Assembly: GCA_963737655.1 (NCBI GenBank)
Contig: CAVTTN010000002.1
Coordinates: forward strand, 1,408,001 to 1,472,000
Length of the DNA stretch: 64,000 bases
Direction of reading: 5' to 3'
From: an uncultured Planctomycetota bacterium
Lineage (GTDB): Bacteria; Planctomycetota; Planctomycetia; Isosphaerales; Isosphaeraceae
The notes below the pieces were generated by a model. It saw only the letters and a list, made by a program, of their open reading frames with translations. It did no database searches and had not been told where the DNA came from. Each line of letters begins with the position of its first letter. The first letter of the stretch is position 1. A program made the translations under genes and the position numbers. Shown piece after piece: positions 1 through 10,413 of this stretch.

Positions 1-669
1 GGGTCGGTCAGGGCGATCGTCTTCGGGTCGGACCAGGGGCTGGTCGGCCAGTTCAACGACGTCCTGGCGGATCTCGTCGCCGCGACGCTCGGCCCCCTGC
101 CCGGCGAGAAGAAGGTCTGGGCCGTCGGCGACCGCGTCCGGTCGCGGCTGGCGGATTCGGGCCTGGCGCCGGCGGGAGTCTTCGCCGTCCCGACCTCGGT
201 CGATGCGATCACTCGCCTGGTCGGCAAGGTCCTCCTGGAGAGCCAGACGGATCGGGGGAGCGAACCGACCGCCCCGTTCTACCTCTTCCACAACCGCCCC
301 AGGTCGCGGGCCGCCTACGATCCCGTGGTCCAGCGCCTGCTCCCTCTGGACGAAACCTGGGCGCTCAAGCTGGCCCGGCTCCCGTGGCCGACGAAGAACC
401 TGCCCGAGGTGATCGGGACCCGCGAACAAACCTTGCAGGCGTTCCTCCGCGAGTATCTCTTCGCCTCGCTCATCAAGGCGTGCGCCGAATCGCTGGCGGC
501 CGAGAACGGCAGTCGCCTGGCCGCCATGCAGAGGGCCGAGAAGAACATCGACGACCAGTTGGAAACCCTCAACCAGACGTTCCATCGCCTCCGTCAGTCG
601 TCGATCGATGAGGAATTATTCGATGTCGTATCCGGTTACGAGTCTCTGTCCGGGACAAAACAGCATTGA
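1..669 (+). CDS. atpG: F1F0 ATP synthase gamma subunit, alternate/N-ATPase type (5' partial)
   Basis: Frame 1 from base 1 reads AIVFGSDQGLVGQFND and ends AENGSRLAAMQRAEKNI...RQSSIDEELFDVVSG, which are gamma-subunit signatures. Confidence 0.9.
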   Translation, partial: GSVRAIVFGSDQGLVGQFNDVLADLVAATLGPLPGEKKVWAVGDRVRSRLADSGLAPAGVFAVPTSVDAITRLVGKVLLESQTDRGSEPTAPFYLFHNRPRSRAAYDPVVQRLLPLDETWALKLARLPWPTKNLPEVIGTREQTLQAFLREYLFASLIKACAESLAAENGSRLAAMQRAEKNIDDQLETLNQTFHRLRQSSIDEELFDVVSGYESLSGTKQH

Positions 670-692
670 ATCCCCATGGCGAAAGAACATCA

Positions 693-1922
693 ATGACTGG
701 TAGGACCGAAAAAACGCACCGCGGTGAAGCAGGGACGCCTTCACGCATCCTGTCGATCAATGGCGGGTCGTCGAGCCTCAAGTTTGCGATCTACGACCGG
801 AGCGATCCGCCCGAGCGGCTCCTGACGGGTCGGTTCGATCGGATCGGATCGGAGGATGCGCGGTGGGTCGTCGTCGAGGCCGGCGGCGGTCTCGCGGTCG
901 ATCGTCGGGCCGATGTCCCGGATCAGGGGGCGGCGGTCCGCGAGCTGATCGATTGGCTCGAAGCCTCGGTCGGTTTCGCGGAGATCGCCGCGGTCGGACA
1001 TCGGGTCGTCCACGGGGGGAGCCGTTACTTCCGGCCCGAACGCATCACGCCCGAATTGATCGAGGGATTGCGCGGGATCATCTCGTATGACCCGGATCAC
1101 ATGCCCGGCGAGATCGCGCTGATCGAGGCGTTCCGCGAGCATGACCCCGACCTGCCGCAGGTGGCGTGCTTCGACACCGCGTTCCATCACGACATGCCTC
1201 GCGTCGCCCGGATCGTGCCGATCCCCCGGCGGTACGAGGCGCAGGGTGTCCGTCGCTATGGCTTCCATGGCCTGTCGTATGAGTATCTGATGGGGGAGCT
1301 GGCCCGGGTCGCCGGGCCGGAGGAGGCTCGGGGCCGGGTGATCCTGGCCCACCTCGGCTCGGGCGCGAGCCTCGCGGCGGTCCGGCAGGGCCATCCGATC
1401 GACACGACGATGGGCTTCACGCCGGCCTCCGGGCTGGTCATGGGGACGCGCACCGGCGACCTCGATCCGGGCCTCGTCCGGTTCCTGTCGCGGTCCGAGG
1501 GGATGACGGCCGATCGGTTCGACGGCCTCGTGAACCACGAATCCGGCCTGCTCGGCGTCTCGGAGACGAGCTCGGACGTCCGCGATCTCCTGGCCCGTCA
1601 GGACGGCGATGTCCGGGCGGGCGAGGCGATCGAATTGTTCTGCTACCAGGCCAGGAAGTGGCTGGGGGCCTTCGCCGCCGCGCTCGGCGGGGTGGATTCC
1701 CTGGTGTTCGCCGGGGGGATCGGCGAGAACTCGCCCGAGATCCGCCGCCGCATCTGTGACGGCCTGGGATTCCTCGGCATCGCCCTCGACGCCGGGCGGA
1801 ACGCTTCCGGGGCCTCGCTGATCTCGCCCGACGACGGGCCGGTCAAGGTCCGGGTCATCCCCACCGACGAAGAGACGGTGATCGCCAGGGCCGCGGCCCG
1901 GCTCGCGGGCAGGCCGTCGTAA
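693..1922 (+). CDS. ackA: Acetate/propionate kinase
   Basis: ILSINGGSSSLKF, GHRVVHGG, FDTAFH, RYGFHGLS, DTTMGFTP, GGIGEN motifs. Confidence 0.95.
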   Translation: MTGRTEKTHRGEAGTPSRILSINGGSSSLKFAIYDRSDPPERLLTGRFDRIGSEDARWVVVEAGGGLAVDRRADVPDQGAAVRELIDWLEASVGFAEIAAVGHRVVHGGSRYFRPERITPELIEGLRGIISYDPDHMPGEIALIEAFREHDPDLPQVACFDTAFHHDMPRVARIVPIPRRYEAQGVRRYGFHGLSYEYLMGELARVAGPEEARGRVILAHLGSGASLAAVRQGHPIDTTMGFTPASGLVMGTRTGDLDPGLVRFLSRSEGMTADRFDGLVNHESGLLGVSETSSDVRDLLARQDGDVRAGEAIELFCYQARKWLGAFAAALGGVDSLVFAGGIGENSPEIRRRICDGLGFLGIALDAGRNASGASLISPDDGPVKVRVIPTDEETVIARAAARLAGRPS

Positions 1923-1975
1923 CCATCCCTTGACCACGAATTCGCGCCGAACGAACCCGATGGAGGAGCTCCCTG

Positions 1976-4360
1976 ATGTCGCTCGTCGAAGTCGAGAAGG
2001 CCACCCTGACGCGGGACCAACTCCGCAAGATCGACGCTTACTGGCGGGCCGCCAATTACCTGTCGGTCGGCCAGATCTACCTCTGCGACAATCCCTTGCT
2101 CCGCGAGCCCCTGGAGCTCGAGCACGTCAAGCAACTGCTCCTGGGACACTGGGGGACGACCCCGGGCCAGAACTTCATCTACGCGCACCTGAACCGGGTC
2201 ATCAAGGAACATGACCTGAACATGATCTACATGTCCGGCCCCGGGCACGGCGCCCCGGCGGTGGTGGGCAACGTCTACCTCGAAGGCACCTACAGCGAGG
2301 TCTACCCGAACATCGGCCGGGACGAGGCCGGCTTGAAGAGGCTGTTCCAGCAGTTCTCCTTCCCCGGAGGGATCTCCAGCCACGTCTCGCCGCAGACCCC
2401 GGGCTCGATCCACGAGGGTGGCGAGCTGGGCTATTCGCTCAGCCATGCCTTCGGCGCCGCGTTCGACAACCCCGACCTGGTCGTCGCCTGCGTCGTCGGC
2501 GACGGCGAGGCCGAGACCGGCCCCCTGGCGACCGCCTGGCATTCCAACAAGTTCCTCGACCCCGTGACCGACGGCGTGGTCCTGCCGATCCTCCACCTCA
2601 ACGGCTACAAGATCTCCGAGCCGACGGTCCTGGCCCGGATCACCCACGAGGAGCTGGAGAGCCTGCTGGTCGGCTACGGCTGGACACCTCACTTCGTCGA
2701 GGGGACCGACCCGGACACGATGCACCAGGAGATGGCCGAGACCTTCGATCGGGTGATCGAGCGAGTCCACCAGATCCGGCACGAAGCCCGGGTCCACGGC
2801 GACCTCGCCCGCCCCCGCTGGCCGATGATCGTCCTCCGATCGCTCAAGGGCTGGACCGGGCCGAAGTTCGTCGATGGCGAGCCGGTCGAGGGGACCTTCC
2901 GATCGCACCAGGTCCCGCTGTCGGTCTCGGCCACGGCCCCTCCCGAGCACCTCAAGCAGCTCGAAGCTTGGCTGAGGAGCTACAGGCCGGAAGAACTCTT
3001 CGACGAGGGCGGTCGGCTGATCCCCGAGCTGGCCGACCTCGCGCCCGAGGGCGATCGGCGGATGGGCTCCAATCCCCACGCCAACGGCGGGAAGCTGCTC
3101 CGCGAGCTGGACATGCCCGACTTCCGCGCCTTCGCGGTGGACGTGCCCGCGCCCACCGCCGTCAATGCCGGCAACGTCCACGTGCTCGGCCCGTTCCTCC
3201 GCGACGTGCTCAAGAAGAACGAGGAACCGAGGAACTTCCGGGTCTTCGGCCCCGACGAGACGATCTCGAATCGGCTCGAAGCGGTCTTCGAGGTCACCAA
3301 CAGGCAGTGGGATGGCGAGATCGTGGGGAATGACCAGTTCCTCGCGCCCGGCGGGGGCGTCATGGAGATGCTCAGCGAACACCAGTGCGAGGGCTGGCTC
3401 GAAGGATACCTCCTGACCGGGCGCCACGGGATCTTCAACAGCTACGAGGCGTTCATCCGGATCGTCGACTCGATGTTCACCCAGCACGCCAAGTGGCTGA
3501 AGATGTGCGACGAGCTTCCCTGGCGGCGGAAGATCGCCTCGCTGAACTACCTGCTGACCTCCCACGTCTGGCGGCAGGACCACAACGGCTTCACGCACCA
3601 GGACCCCGGATTCATCGACCATGTCCTCAACAAGAAGTCGGAGATGGTCCGCGTGTACCTCCCGCCGGACGCCAACTGCCTGCTCTCGACCATGGACCAT
3701 TGCCTGAGGAGCCTGAACTACATCAACCTCGTGGTCTGCGGCAAGCACGAGGCCCCGCAATGGCTGACCATGGACGCCGCCATCGACCACTGCACGCAAG
3801 GGATCGGCATCTGGCAATGGGCCAGCAACGATCAAGGGGGCGAGCCCGACGTCGTGATGGCGTGCTGCGGCGACGTGCCCACCCTGGAGACGCTGGCCGC
3901 CGTCTCCATCCTCCGCGAGCACCTGCCCGAGCTGAAGATCCGGGTCGTCAACGTCGTCGATCTGATGAAGCTGGAGCCCGCCACCGAGGGCCCCCACGGG
4001 ATGAGCGACGCCCAGTACGAAGCGCTCTTCACCCGGGACAAGCACATCATCTTCGCCTTCCACGGCTATCCCTGGCTGGTCCATCGGCTCACATACCGCC
4101 GGGCCAATCGCAACCTGCACGTCCGTGGCTACAAGGAAGAGGGCACGATCACGACGGCCTTCGACATGACGGTCCTGAACGACATGGACCGGTTCCACCT
4201 GGTGATGGACACGATCGATCGGCTTCCGAACATGGGAACCAGGGGAGACGACCTCAAGCGGCGACTCGAAGAAAAGCTGATCGAGCACAAGCGATTCATC
4301 GACGAGAACGGCATCGACATGCCGGAGATCCGCGACTGGAAATGGGGCGTCCCCCGGTGA
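1976..4360 (+). CDS. xfp: Phosphoketolase (XFP family)
   Basis: [57 protein letters not shown] motifs; RBS GGAGGAG upstream. Confidence 0.95.
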   Translation: MSLVEVEKATLTRDQLRKIDAYWRAANYLSVGQIYLCDNPLLREPLELEHVKQLLLGHWGTTPGQNFIYAHLNRVIKEHDLNMIYMSGPGHGAPAVVGNVYLEGTYSEVYPNIGRDEAGLKRLFQQFSFPGGISSHVSPQTPGSIHEGGELGYSLSHAFGAAFDNPDLVVACVVGDGEAETGPLATAWHSNKFLDPVTDGVVLPILHLNGYKISEPTVLARITHEELESLLVGYGWTPHFVEGTDPDTMHQEMAETFDRVIERVHQIRHEARVHGDLARPRWPMIVLRSLKGWTGPKFVDGEPVEGTFRSHQVPLSVSATAPPEHLKQLEAWLRSYRPEELFDEGGRLIPELADLAPEGDRRMGSNPHANGGKLLRELDMPDFRAFAVDVPAPTAVNAGNVHVLGPFLRDVLKKNEEPRNFRVFGPDETISNRLEAVFEVTNRQWDGEIVGNDQFLAPGGGVMEMLSEHQCEGWLEGYLLTGRHGIFNSYEAFIRIVDSMFTQHAKWLKMCDELPWRRKIASLNYLLTSHVWRQDHNGFTHQDPGFIDHVLNKKSEMVRVYLPPDANCLLSTMDHCLRSLNYINLVVCGKHEAPQWLTMDAAIDHCTQGIGIWQWASNDQGGEPDVVMACCGDVPTLETLAAVSILREHLPELKIRVVNVVDLMKLEPATEGPHGMSDAQYEALFTRDKHIIFAFHGYPWLVHRLTYRRANRNLHVRGYKEEGTITTAFDMTVLNDMDRFHLVMDTIDRLPNMGTRGDDLKRRLEEKLIEHKRFIDENGIDMPEIRDWKWGVPR

Positions 4361-4876
4361 ACCGATGCTCCTTGACCGAGACTGCGGGGGCACTCGTCGC
4401 CGACGACAAGGGCTTGCTGGCGATGGACGAGAGCATCGCCACCTGCGACAGGCGATTCGCCGCGCCCGGCATCACTCAGACCGAGGAGGCCCGACGCGCC
4501 TATCGGGAGTTGCTCGTCACCACGCCCGGTCTCGGCGAATCGATCGGCGGTGTGATCCTCTTCGACGAGACGATCCGCCATCCGATGCCTCCTGGAAGTC
4601 GTCCCGGCCGCCGTTCCGGGGGTCGCATTCCTCTCGGGCGGCCAGCCCGCCGAACTCGCCTCGGCCCGCCTGAACGCCATGAACGTCCGGTTCAACGGCC
4701 GGATGCCCTGGGCCCTGGCGTTCTCGTTCGGCCGGGCCATCCAGCAACCGGCCCTGGAGATCTGGCGGGGCAAGCACGCGAACGTGCCAGCGGCCCAGGC
4801 GGCCTTGCTCCATCGGGCCCGGTGCAATCGGGCCGCTCGCCGAGGCGATTACGACGCCGCGAAGGACACGCCATGA
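4357..4876 (+). pseudogene. Class I fructose-bisphosphate aldolase with large internal deletion
   Basis: N-terminus KGLLAMDES...GVILFDETIR joins out of frame near 4580-4610 to C-terminal VPGVAFLSGGQ...WALAFSFGRAIQQPAL; the central half is missing. Confidence 0.8.
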
Positions 4877-5475
4877 ACGAACCACTCCCCGAGGTCGACC
4901 TGGCCCGTCACGGCGAGACGGCATGGTCGTTGTCGGGCCGGCACACCGGCCGGACCGACATCCCCCTGGCCGAGAAGGGCGAGAGCAATGCGCGCAAGCT
5001 CCGGCGAAGGCTCGAAGCCATCCGGTTCACCGAGGTCCTGGTCAGCCCTCTCCAGCGAGCGAGGCGGACCTGCGAGCTGGCGGGCTTCGCGGAGGTCGCC
5101 CAGCTCACCCCGGACCTCATGGAGTGGGATTACGGCGAATACGAGGGCCGGCTCACCTCGGACATCCGCCGCGACCGCCCGGGCTGGCCTCTCTTCCGCG
5201 ACGGCTGCCCCGGGGGTGAGTCGATCGCCATGGTGGGTGGTCGAGCCGACCGCGTGATCGCCCGCCTCCGGGCCGATGGCGGCCGCATCCTCCTCTTCGG
5301 CCACGGCCATTTCTCCCGAATCCTCGCCGCTCGCCGGATCGGCCTGCCCCCGGGCGGCGCGAGCCGCCTCATGCTGACAACCGCATCCGTGAGCATCCTG
5401 AGCGACGAGCATACCCTGGACGACCCGGCCATCCTCCTCTGGAACGATGACCACCATCTGAATCCTGCCCTCTGA
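4873..5475 (+). CDS. Histidine phosphatase (phosphoglycerate mutase family)
   Basis: LARHGETAWS, SPLQRARRT, EWDYGEYEG, GHGH motifs. Confidence 0.9.
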   Translation: MNEPLPEVDLARHGETAWSLSGRHTGRTDIPLAEKGESNARKLRRRLEAIRFTEVLVSPLQRARRTCELAGFAEVAQLTPDLMEWDYGEYEGRLTSDIRRDRPGWPLFRDGCPGGESIAMVGGRADRVIARLRADGGRILLFGHGHFSRILAARRIGLPPGGASRLMLTTASVSILSDEHTLDDPAILLWNDDHHLNPAL

Positions 5476-5691
5476 ATCCTCCTCAGGCCGACGGATCTCC
5501 CGCGGCGGTTGCCATACGGTCATGGCCAGGGTCGAACCGGAGTGTCTACCAGCGGGAATCCTCCTCAATTCCGAAGCGACCATCCCAGGAGTCGAGCCTG
5601 AGTCCGATCGAGCCGCGAACGGGGCCTGTCTCGTCGGCGGCGGCCTCAGCGGCAGGGAGGCCGGTCGTCCGGGCCCTCGCGATCCTGGAGA

Positions 5692-5865
5692 GGGGGGGCG
5701 GCCGGTCATCAACGCCATTCCCAAGGAGGACGCCGACGAGGACGCCCTGCCTGGGCTCGACCGTCCCAAGCACCTCTGGCTCGCGAAGGAGATCAAGAGC
5801 GTCGCCATCGTCACTCGGGCCCACGTCCGCGAGGCTCCTCGCCCTGGCGGCCGAGGTCCCACTCA
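5692..5865 (+). pseudogene. C-terminal remnant of a zinc-binding alcohol dehydrogenase
   Basis: GRPVINAIPKE...HLWLAKEIKSVAIVTR resembles the C-terminus of Zn-ADH family proteins; boundaries approximate. Confidence 0.5.
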
Positions 5866-6175
5866 AGCCCCGGGTCCAGGAATATGAACCGTCGGACGCG
5901 AACCGGCCTTGGTCGAGATCGAGCGAGGGGAGGCCTGGGGGGCGAAAGTGCTGCGCATCCCCTGACCGACCGCCTCATTCAAGCCATGCCTGAGGCCCCG
6001 ACGACCCCTTCGACGCCACGACCGTTTCACGCCGGATCTTCCCCATAGGTACGGCCCGGACTCGATTCGTCCCGATCGGCCATCGGCCCCTGCCTTCGCT
6101 CGGATTCCGGCCTTCTCGCGCGAGTCGCCCGCGGTGGTGCTGCTTCGCTCCAGAACCTCGGGATTACATACGGCA

Positions 6176-8146
6176 ATGAACCTCGAAACGCGATCCTCCG
6201 ATGCGGCGGCTCTCCAATACGCTGAGGAGATCCTGGCGACGCTGCGGGAACCATTCTTGGTTCTCGACCGGGACCTCCGGATCATGACGGCCAACGCCTC
6301 CTTCTACCGGGCGTTCCACGCCTCGGAACCGGAGACGGTGGGGCATTTCCTCCATGAACTCGGCGACGGCCAGTGGAATATCCCGGCCCTCCGGGCCTTG
6401 CTGGGGGAGGCGATCCCCAAGGCGATCTCGGTCCAGGAGTTCGAGGTCGAGCACGACTTCCCGGCGATCGGCCCCAGGAGCATGCCGCTCAACGCCCGAC
6501 GCTTCCCGCCGGATGGCGAACACCCGACCCTGGTGCTGCTGGCGATCCGGGATGTCACCGAGCGGAAGAGGTCGGAGGCGGCGCTCCGGGACTCCGAACT
6601 CCGGTTCCGCCGCCTGTTCCTGACCGCCAAGGACGGCATCCTCATCCTCGACGCCGACGACGGGAAGATCATCGAGGCCAACCCGTTTATGGGCGGACTG
6701 CTGGGCTATGAACTCGGCGACTTCCTGGGCAAGGAACTCTGGGAGATCGGCCTCTTCCAGGACAAGGAGGCCAACCGGGAGGCCTACAGGGTGTTGCGAG
6801 CGACGGGCTATATCCGCTACGAGAACCTGCCCCTGAGGACCAAGGGCGGGGATGAGGTGGAGGTCGAGTTCGTCAGCAACCTCTACATGGTGGGAGACCG
6901 GCAGGTCGCCCAGTGCAATATCCGGGACATCACCCGGCGTAGCCGGATGGAGAGGGAAGCCATGACGCAGGCGACGGCGATGGCCGACCTCCACCGCCGC
7001 AAGGACGAGTCCCTGGCGATGCTTTCCCACGAGCTTCGCAACCCGCTCTCGCCGATCCTCAACGCGGTCCACCTGCTCCGCCTCCAGGTCGGGGAGAATC
7101 TCATCCAGAGAGAGGCCCGCGACATCATCGAGAGGCAGGTCGGGCAGCTTTCCCGCCTGGTTGACGACCTGCTGGAGGTCGCCGTCTTCACCAGCGGAAA
7201 GATTCGCCTTCAGGCGGTGCGCCTGGACATGAGAGGCGTCGTGGAGCGAGCGGCCGAATCGGCCCGCCCCTTGATCATCCGCCGCGGTCATGTCTTGACC
7301 CTGGATCTGCCCGGGGAGCCGATCTGGTTGATCGCCGACCCGGCCCGTCTTGAGCAGGTCGTGGTCAACCTCCTGAACAACGCCGCGAAGTACACCGACG
7401 AGGGGGGGCGAATCTGGCTCGGAATACGGAGTGAAGGGGGCGCGATGGTCCTGAGCGTCCGCGACACGGGGATCGGCATCGACGTCAAGCAATTTCCCGA
7501 CATCTTCGACCTGTTCACGCAGGCGGCCAGGTCGCTGGATCGCGCCCAGGGCGGTCTGGGCATCGGGCTGTCCCTGGTGCAGCGGCTGGTCGAGATGCAC
7601 CAAGGGACGGTCGAGGTTCGGAGTGGAGGGTTGGGGCGGGGCAGCGAATTCCTCATCAGGCTCCCCATGCCGATGACCGAGGAGAGCGAGCCGCCCCCGG
7701 ACCTCGAAACGCCGGCCGGGCGTCCGACTCACGGCGGGCGGGTGCTCGTGGTCGATGACAACGTGGATTCCGCCGAGACCCTGGCAAAGTTGCTGAGGAG
7801 ATCAGGTCATGAAGTCAGGACCGCTTACTCGGGGCCGGCCGCTCCGGTGGCGGCCGGAGAACAGTTGCCGGACGTGGTGTTGCTGGATATCGGCCTGCCG
7901 GGCCTCGATGGCTATGAGGTCGCCCGGCGACTCCGACAGGACGCACGGCTCAAGGACGTGCGGCTCGTCGCCATGACCGGCTACGGGCAGGAATCCGACC
8001 TGCAACTCGCCAGGGAGGCCGGCTTCGACCAACATGCGGTCAAGCCGGTGAACTTCCCGAAGGTGCTAGAACTCCTCGCGACGCCCCCCGCAACGCCCCG
8101 GCCAGCCTGCCGACCCGCGCCCGGTCCTGCGCATCGGCCGGCGTGA
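6176..8146 (+). CDS. PAS-PAS hybrid sensor histidine kinase with receiver domain
   Basis: Two PAS domains, H-box SHELRNPL, NLLNNAAKYT, DTGIGI, GLGIGL, receiver VLVVDD...LLDIGLP...KPV; last residues run into the IS remnant. Confidence 0.9.
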   Translation: MNLETRSSDAAALQYAEEILATLREPFLVLDRDLRIMTANASFYRAFHASEPETVGHFLHELGDGQWNIPALRALLGEAIPKAISVQEFEVEHDFPAIGPRSMPLNARRFPPDGEHPTLVLLAIRDVTERKRSEAALRDSELRFRRLFLTAKDGILILDADDGKIIEANPFMGGLLGYELGDFLGKELWEIGLFQDKEANREAYRVLRATGYIRYENLPLRTKGGDEVEVEFVSNLYMVGDRQVAQCNIRDITRRSRMEREAMTQATAMADLHRRKDESLAMLSHELRNPLSPILNAVHLLRLQVGENLIQREARDIIERQVGQLSRLVDDLLEVAVFTSGKIRLQAVRLDMRGVVERAAESARPLIIRRGHVLTLDLPGEPIWLIADPARLEQVVVNLLNNAAKYTDEGGRIWLGIRSEGGAMVLSVRDTGIGIDVKQFPDIFDLFTQAARSLDRAQGGLGIGLSLVQRLVEMHQGTVEVRSGGLGRGSEFLIRLPMPMTEESEPPPDLETPAGRPTHGGRVLVVDDNVDSAETLAKLLRRSGHEVRTAYSGPAAPVAAGEQLPDVVLLDIGLPGLDGYEVARRLRQDARLKDVRLVAMTGYGQESDLQLAREAGFDQHAVKPVNFPKVLELLATPPATPRPACRPAPGPAHRPA

Positions 8147-8599
8147 CGTGCAGCGCCAGCAGGTGCCCCAGCGTGTCGACCGTCACCGGCCCGCGCCCCG
8201 CTCTCCGGCGTGGACCGGATCGTGCGGCCGTCGAGGACGGCGGCGGTGGGCTCGGGCTCGCGGCCTTCGGCGAACCGCAGGACGGCGCGGAGGTCGCCGA
8301 CGGTCGCCTCGAAGCAGCCGGCGGCCAGCCGGCGGCGGGTCTGCTAGTAGACGGCCTCCCGGGGCGGGAAGTCCTCGGGGAGCTAGAGCCAGGGGGCACC
8401 GGCGCGGACCAGCCCGCGCAGCGCGTCGAAGACGTCGCGCAGGCCGTGTTCGCGTTGGCCGGCGCCCTCCGGGAGGAGGCGGAGGTAGGGGAGGGCGAAC
8501 TCCCATTCCGGGTCGGAGACGTCGCTGGGGTAGGGTTGGTGTGTGATCACGCCCTCAACTACGTCCGCAACTGGGCTAGAGGTTCATGACACGCCCTAA
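8085..8599 (-). mobile_element. IS5-family transposase remnant (pseudogene)
   Basis: Minus strand from 8550: YPSDVSDPEW...LRDVFDAL...W*LPEDFPP..AVY*Q.RRW...AAVLDGRTIRST, then frameshift to VDTLGHLLALHVTPADAQDR; possible IS end at 8581-8599. Confidence 0.85.
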
Positions 8600-8692
8600 C
8601 CAAGAGAACCCTTCGGTGCCCCAGATCCACAAGCCCTGTGTGACCGATCCCGCTACCCTGCCCCCGTCCCGCCCGAGGATCGGTTCTTCAGG

Positions 8693-9604
8693 ATGAAGAG
8701 GGTGGCGAAGATGCTCGCCATCCGCCCCCGGACCTTGTCTCGGTGGCGGTCCGACGGGACCTTCCCCCAGCCGGACCGCCGGCACAGAGGCCGCGCACTC
8801 GGGGCCGCCCTACCGCAAGTTGACCGGCCCCGACCGGGCCCTCTGCGACCGCCTCTGGCGGTCGCCACCGGCCTGCGATACGGGGAGATCGCCGGCATCC
8901 GGCCGGGGTCGTTCGCCCTGGACCGCGTCCCGGCGACGGTGACCGTCGAGGCCGGGTCCACCAAGAACGGCCAGACCGCCGTCCTGGACCTCCCACGGCA
9001 CGGGATGGACGACCTGCGACCCTGGCTGGTGGGACGGCCCCCGGGGACGCCGGTCTTCGACCTGCCCGACAAGGGGTCGGTGATGGTGAGGAGGGACCTG
9101 GGGGCGGCCGGCATCGCGTACCGCGACTCGGCCGGGCTGGTCTTCGACTTCCACGCCTTGCGATGCCAGCATGCCACGCTCCTGGACCTGGCCGGGGTCA
9201 CGCCCCGGGTCGTCCAGAAGCTCATGAGGCACTCGACGCTCGAACTGACCGGACGCTACACGAAGCCGAGGGCGGTGGACCTCGAACGGGCCGCGTCGTC
9301 TCTGCCGACCCTCCGCCCCCGCCCCGAGTCGTCGGGCGCCGCAAAGGCAGCGGCGACGGGCACCGACGGCCCATCCATCAACGATCCCTTTGCCCACTAT
9401 TTGCCCACCGGAGGGGACGGGAAGTGGCGGATCGTGGCGGAAGCTGACGCGAAGGCACACGAAAGCCCGAGCGGGACGAAGGGTTCGCAAACCCTTCCCA
9501 CGTCGGGCCTTGGCGTCGAGAGACGGCCCCTGTCGGGACCTGTCGGCAATAGCGGGGACCGGACTCGAACCGGTGACCTGCGGATTATGAGACCGCCGCT
9601 CTAA
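8693..9604 (+). pseudogene. Tyrosine recombinase/integrase C-terminal domain fused to a short excisionase-like HTH
   Basis: TGLRYGE, TKNG, FHALR, MRHS, GRYT catalytic motifs; core-binding domain absent; ORF ends inside the antisense tRNA. Confidence 0.75.
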
Positions 9605-9623
9605 CCAGCTGAGCTACCCCGCC
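9550..9623 (-). tRNA. tRNA with CAT anticodon (probably elongator Met; Ile2 not excluded)
   Basis: GGCGGGGTAGCTCAGCTGGTTAGAGCGGCGGTCTCATAATCCGCAGGTCACCGGTTCGAGTCCGGTCCCCGCTA folds as a cloverleaf; CCA not encoded. Confidence 0.95.
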
Positions 9624-9774
9624 GGCGAGATTGGGCATTTTATCGGGGGCGGCGGGCGAATTCAAGCGGGGGGTTGGGCGTCTTCTCCGGAGTTTGCGCG
9701 GCGGGGAAGGCCGTCGGCGGGAGATTTGGGATTCTCCTGGGAATTCTCGGCGCGATCGGGCCGGGGCGGTGACT

Positions 9775-10413
9775 ATGGGGAAGATGGGCCTGCTCATGAG
9801 TTGCCAGGATGATCTGGATCCCGTGCCGCTGTTGGCCCTGGCCAAGGCCGGGGATGGGGCGGCGCTGGGCCTCCTGCTCCAGCGGTATCGGCATTATCTT
9901 TCGTTGCTGGTCCGGCTCCAGATCGGGCGGCGGTTGCGGGGGAAGATCGACGTGGATGACCTCCTTCAGGAACTGTCGTTGGAGGCCCATCGCGACATCG
10001 GCCGGTTCCGCGGGGTGTCGGAGCGGGAGTTCCTGGCGTGGCTCCGGCAGGTCCTGGCGGCGATCCTCTCGAACCAGGTCCGCCATTACCTGGGGACGCT
10101 CCGCCGCGACATCCGCCGGGAGCGGGCCATCGCGCTGGACCTGGAGGCGTCGAGCGAGGCGATGGATCGGGGTTTGATCGCGTCGTCGAGCTCGCCGAGC
10201 CATCAGGCGAGCCGTCGGGAGCAGGCGGTGTTGCTCGCCGATGCCCTGGGGCGCCTGCCCGAGGCGTATCGGGAGGTCATCATCCTCCGCCAACTCGAAG
10301 ACCTGAGCTTCCCGGAGGTCGCCCGGCGGATGGGCCGGAGCGAGGATAGCGTCAAGAACCTCTGGGCGAGGGGACTCGCCCGCCTCCGACGCGCCCTGGA
10401 GGATCCGCGATGA
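9775..10413 (+). CDS. ECF sigma-70 factor (planctomycete kinase-associated type)
   Basis: DVDDLLQE, FLAWLRQVL, SSPS, LPEAYREVIILR..EDLSFPEVARRMGRS; ATGA overlap with the kinase gene. Confidence 0.9.
   Translation: MGKMGLLMSCQDDLDPVPLLALAKAGDGAALGLLLQRYRHYLSLLVRLQIGRRLRGKIDVDDLLQELSLEAHRDIGRFRGVSEREFLAWLRQVLAAILSNQVRHYLGTLRRDIRRERAIALDLEASSEAMDRGLIASSSSPSHQASRREQAVLLADALGRLPEAYREVIILRQLEDLSFPEVARRMGRSEDSVKNLWARGLARLRRALEDPR

Noticed and set aside
3385..5475. 696-aa ORF as an aldolase-phosphatase fusion
   Set aside because: Chance read-through: off-frame xfp sequence, the aldolase stub, and a phosphatase with its own ATG at 4873
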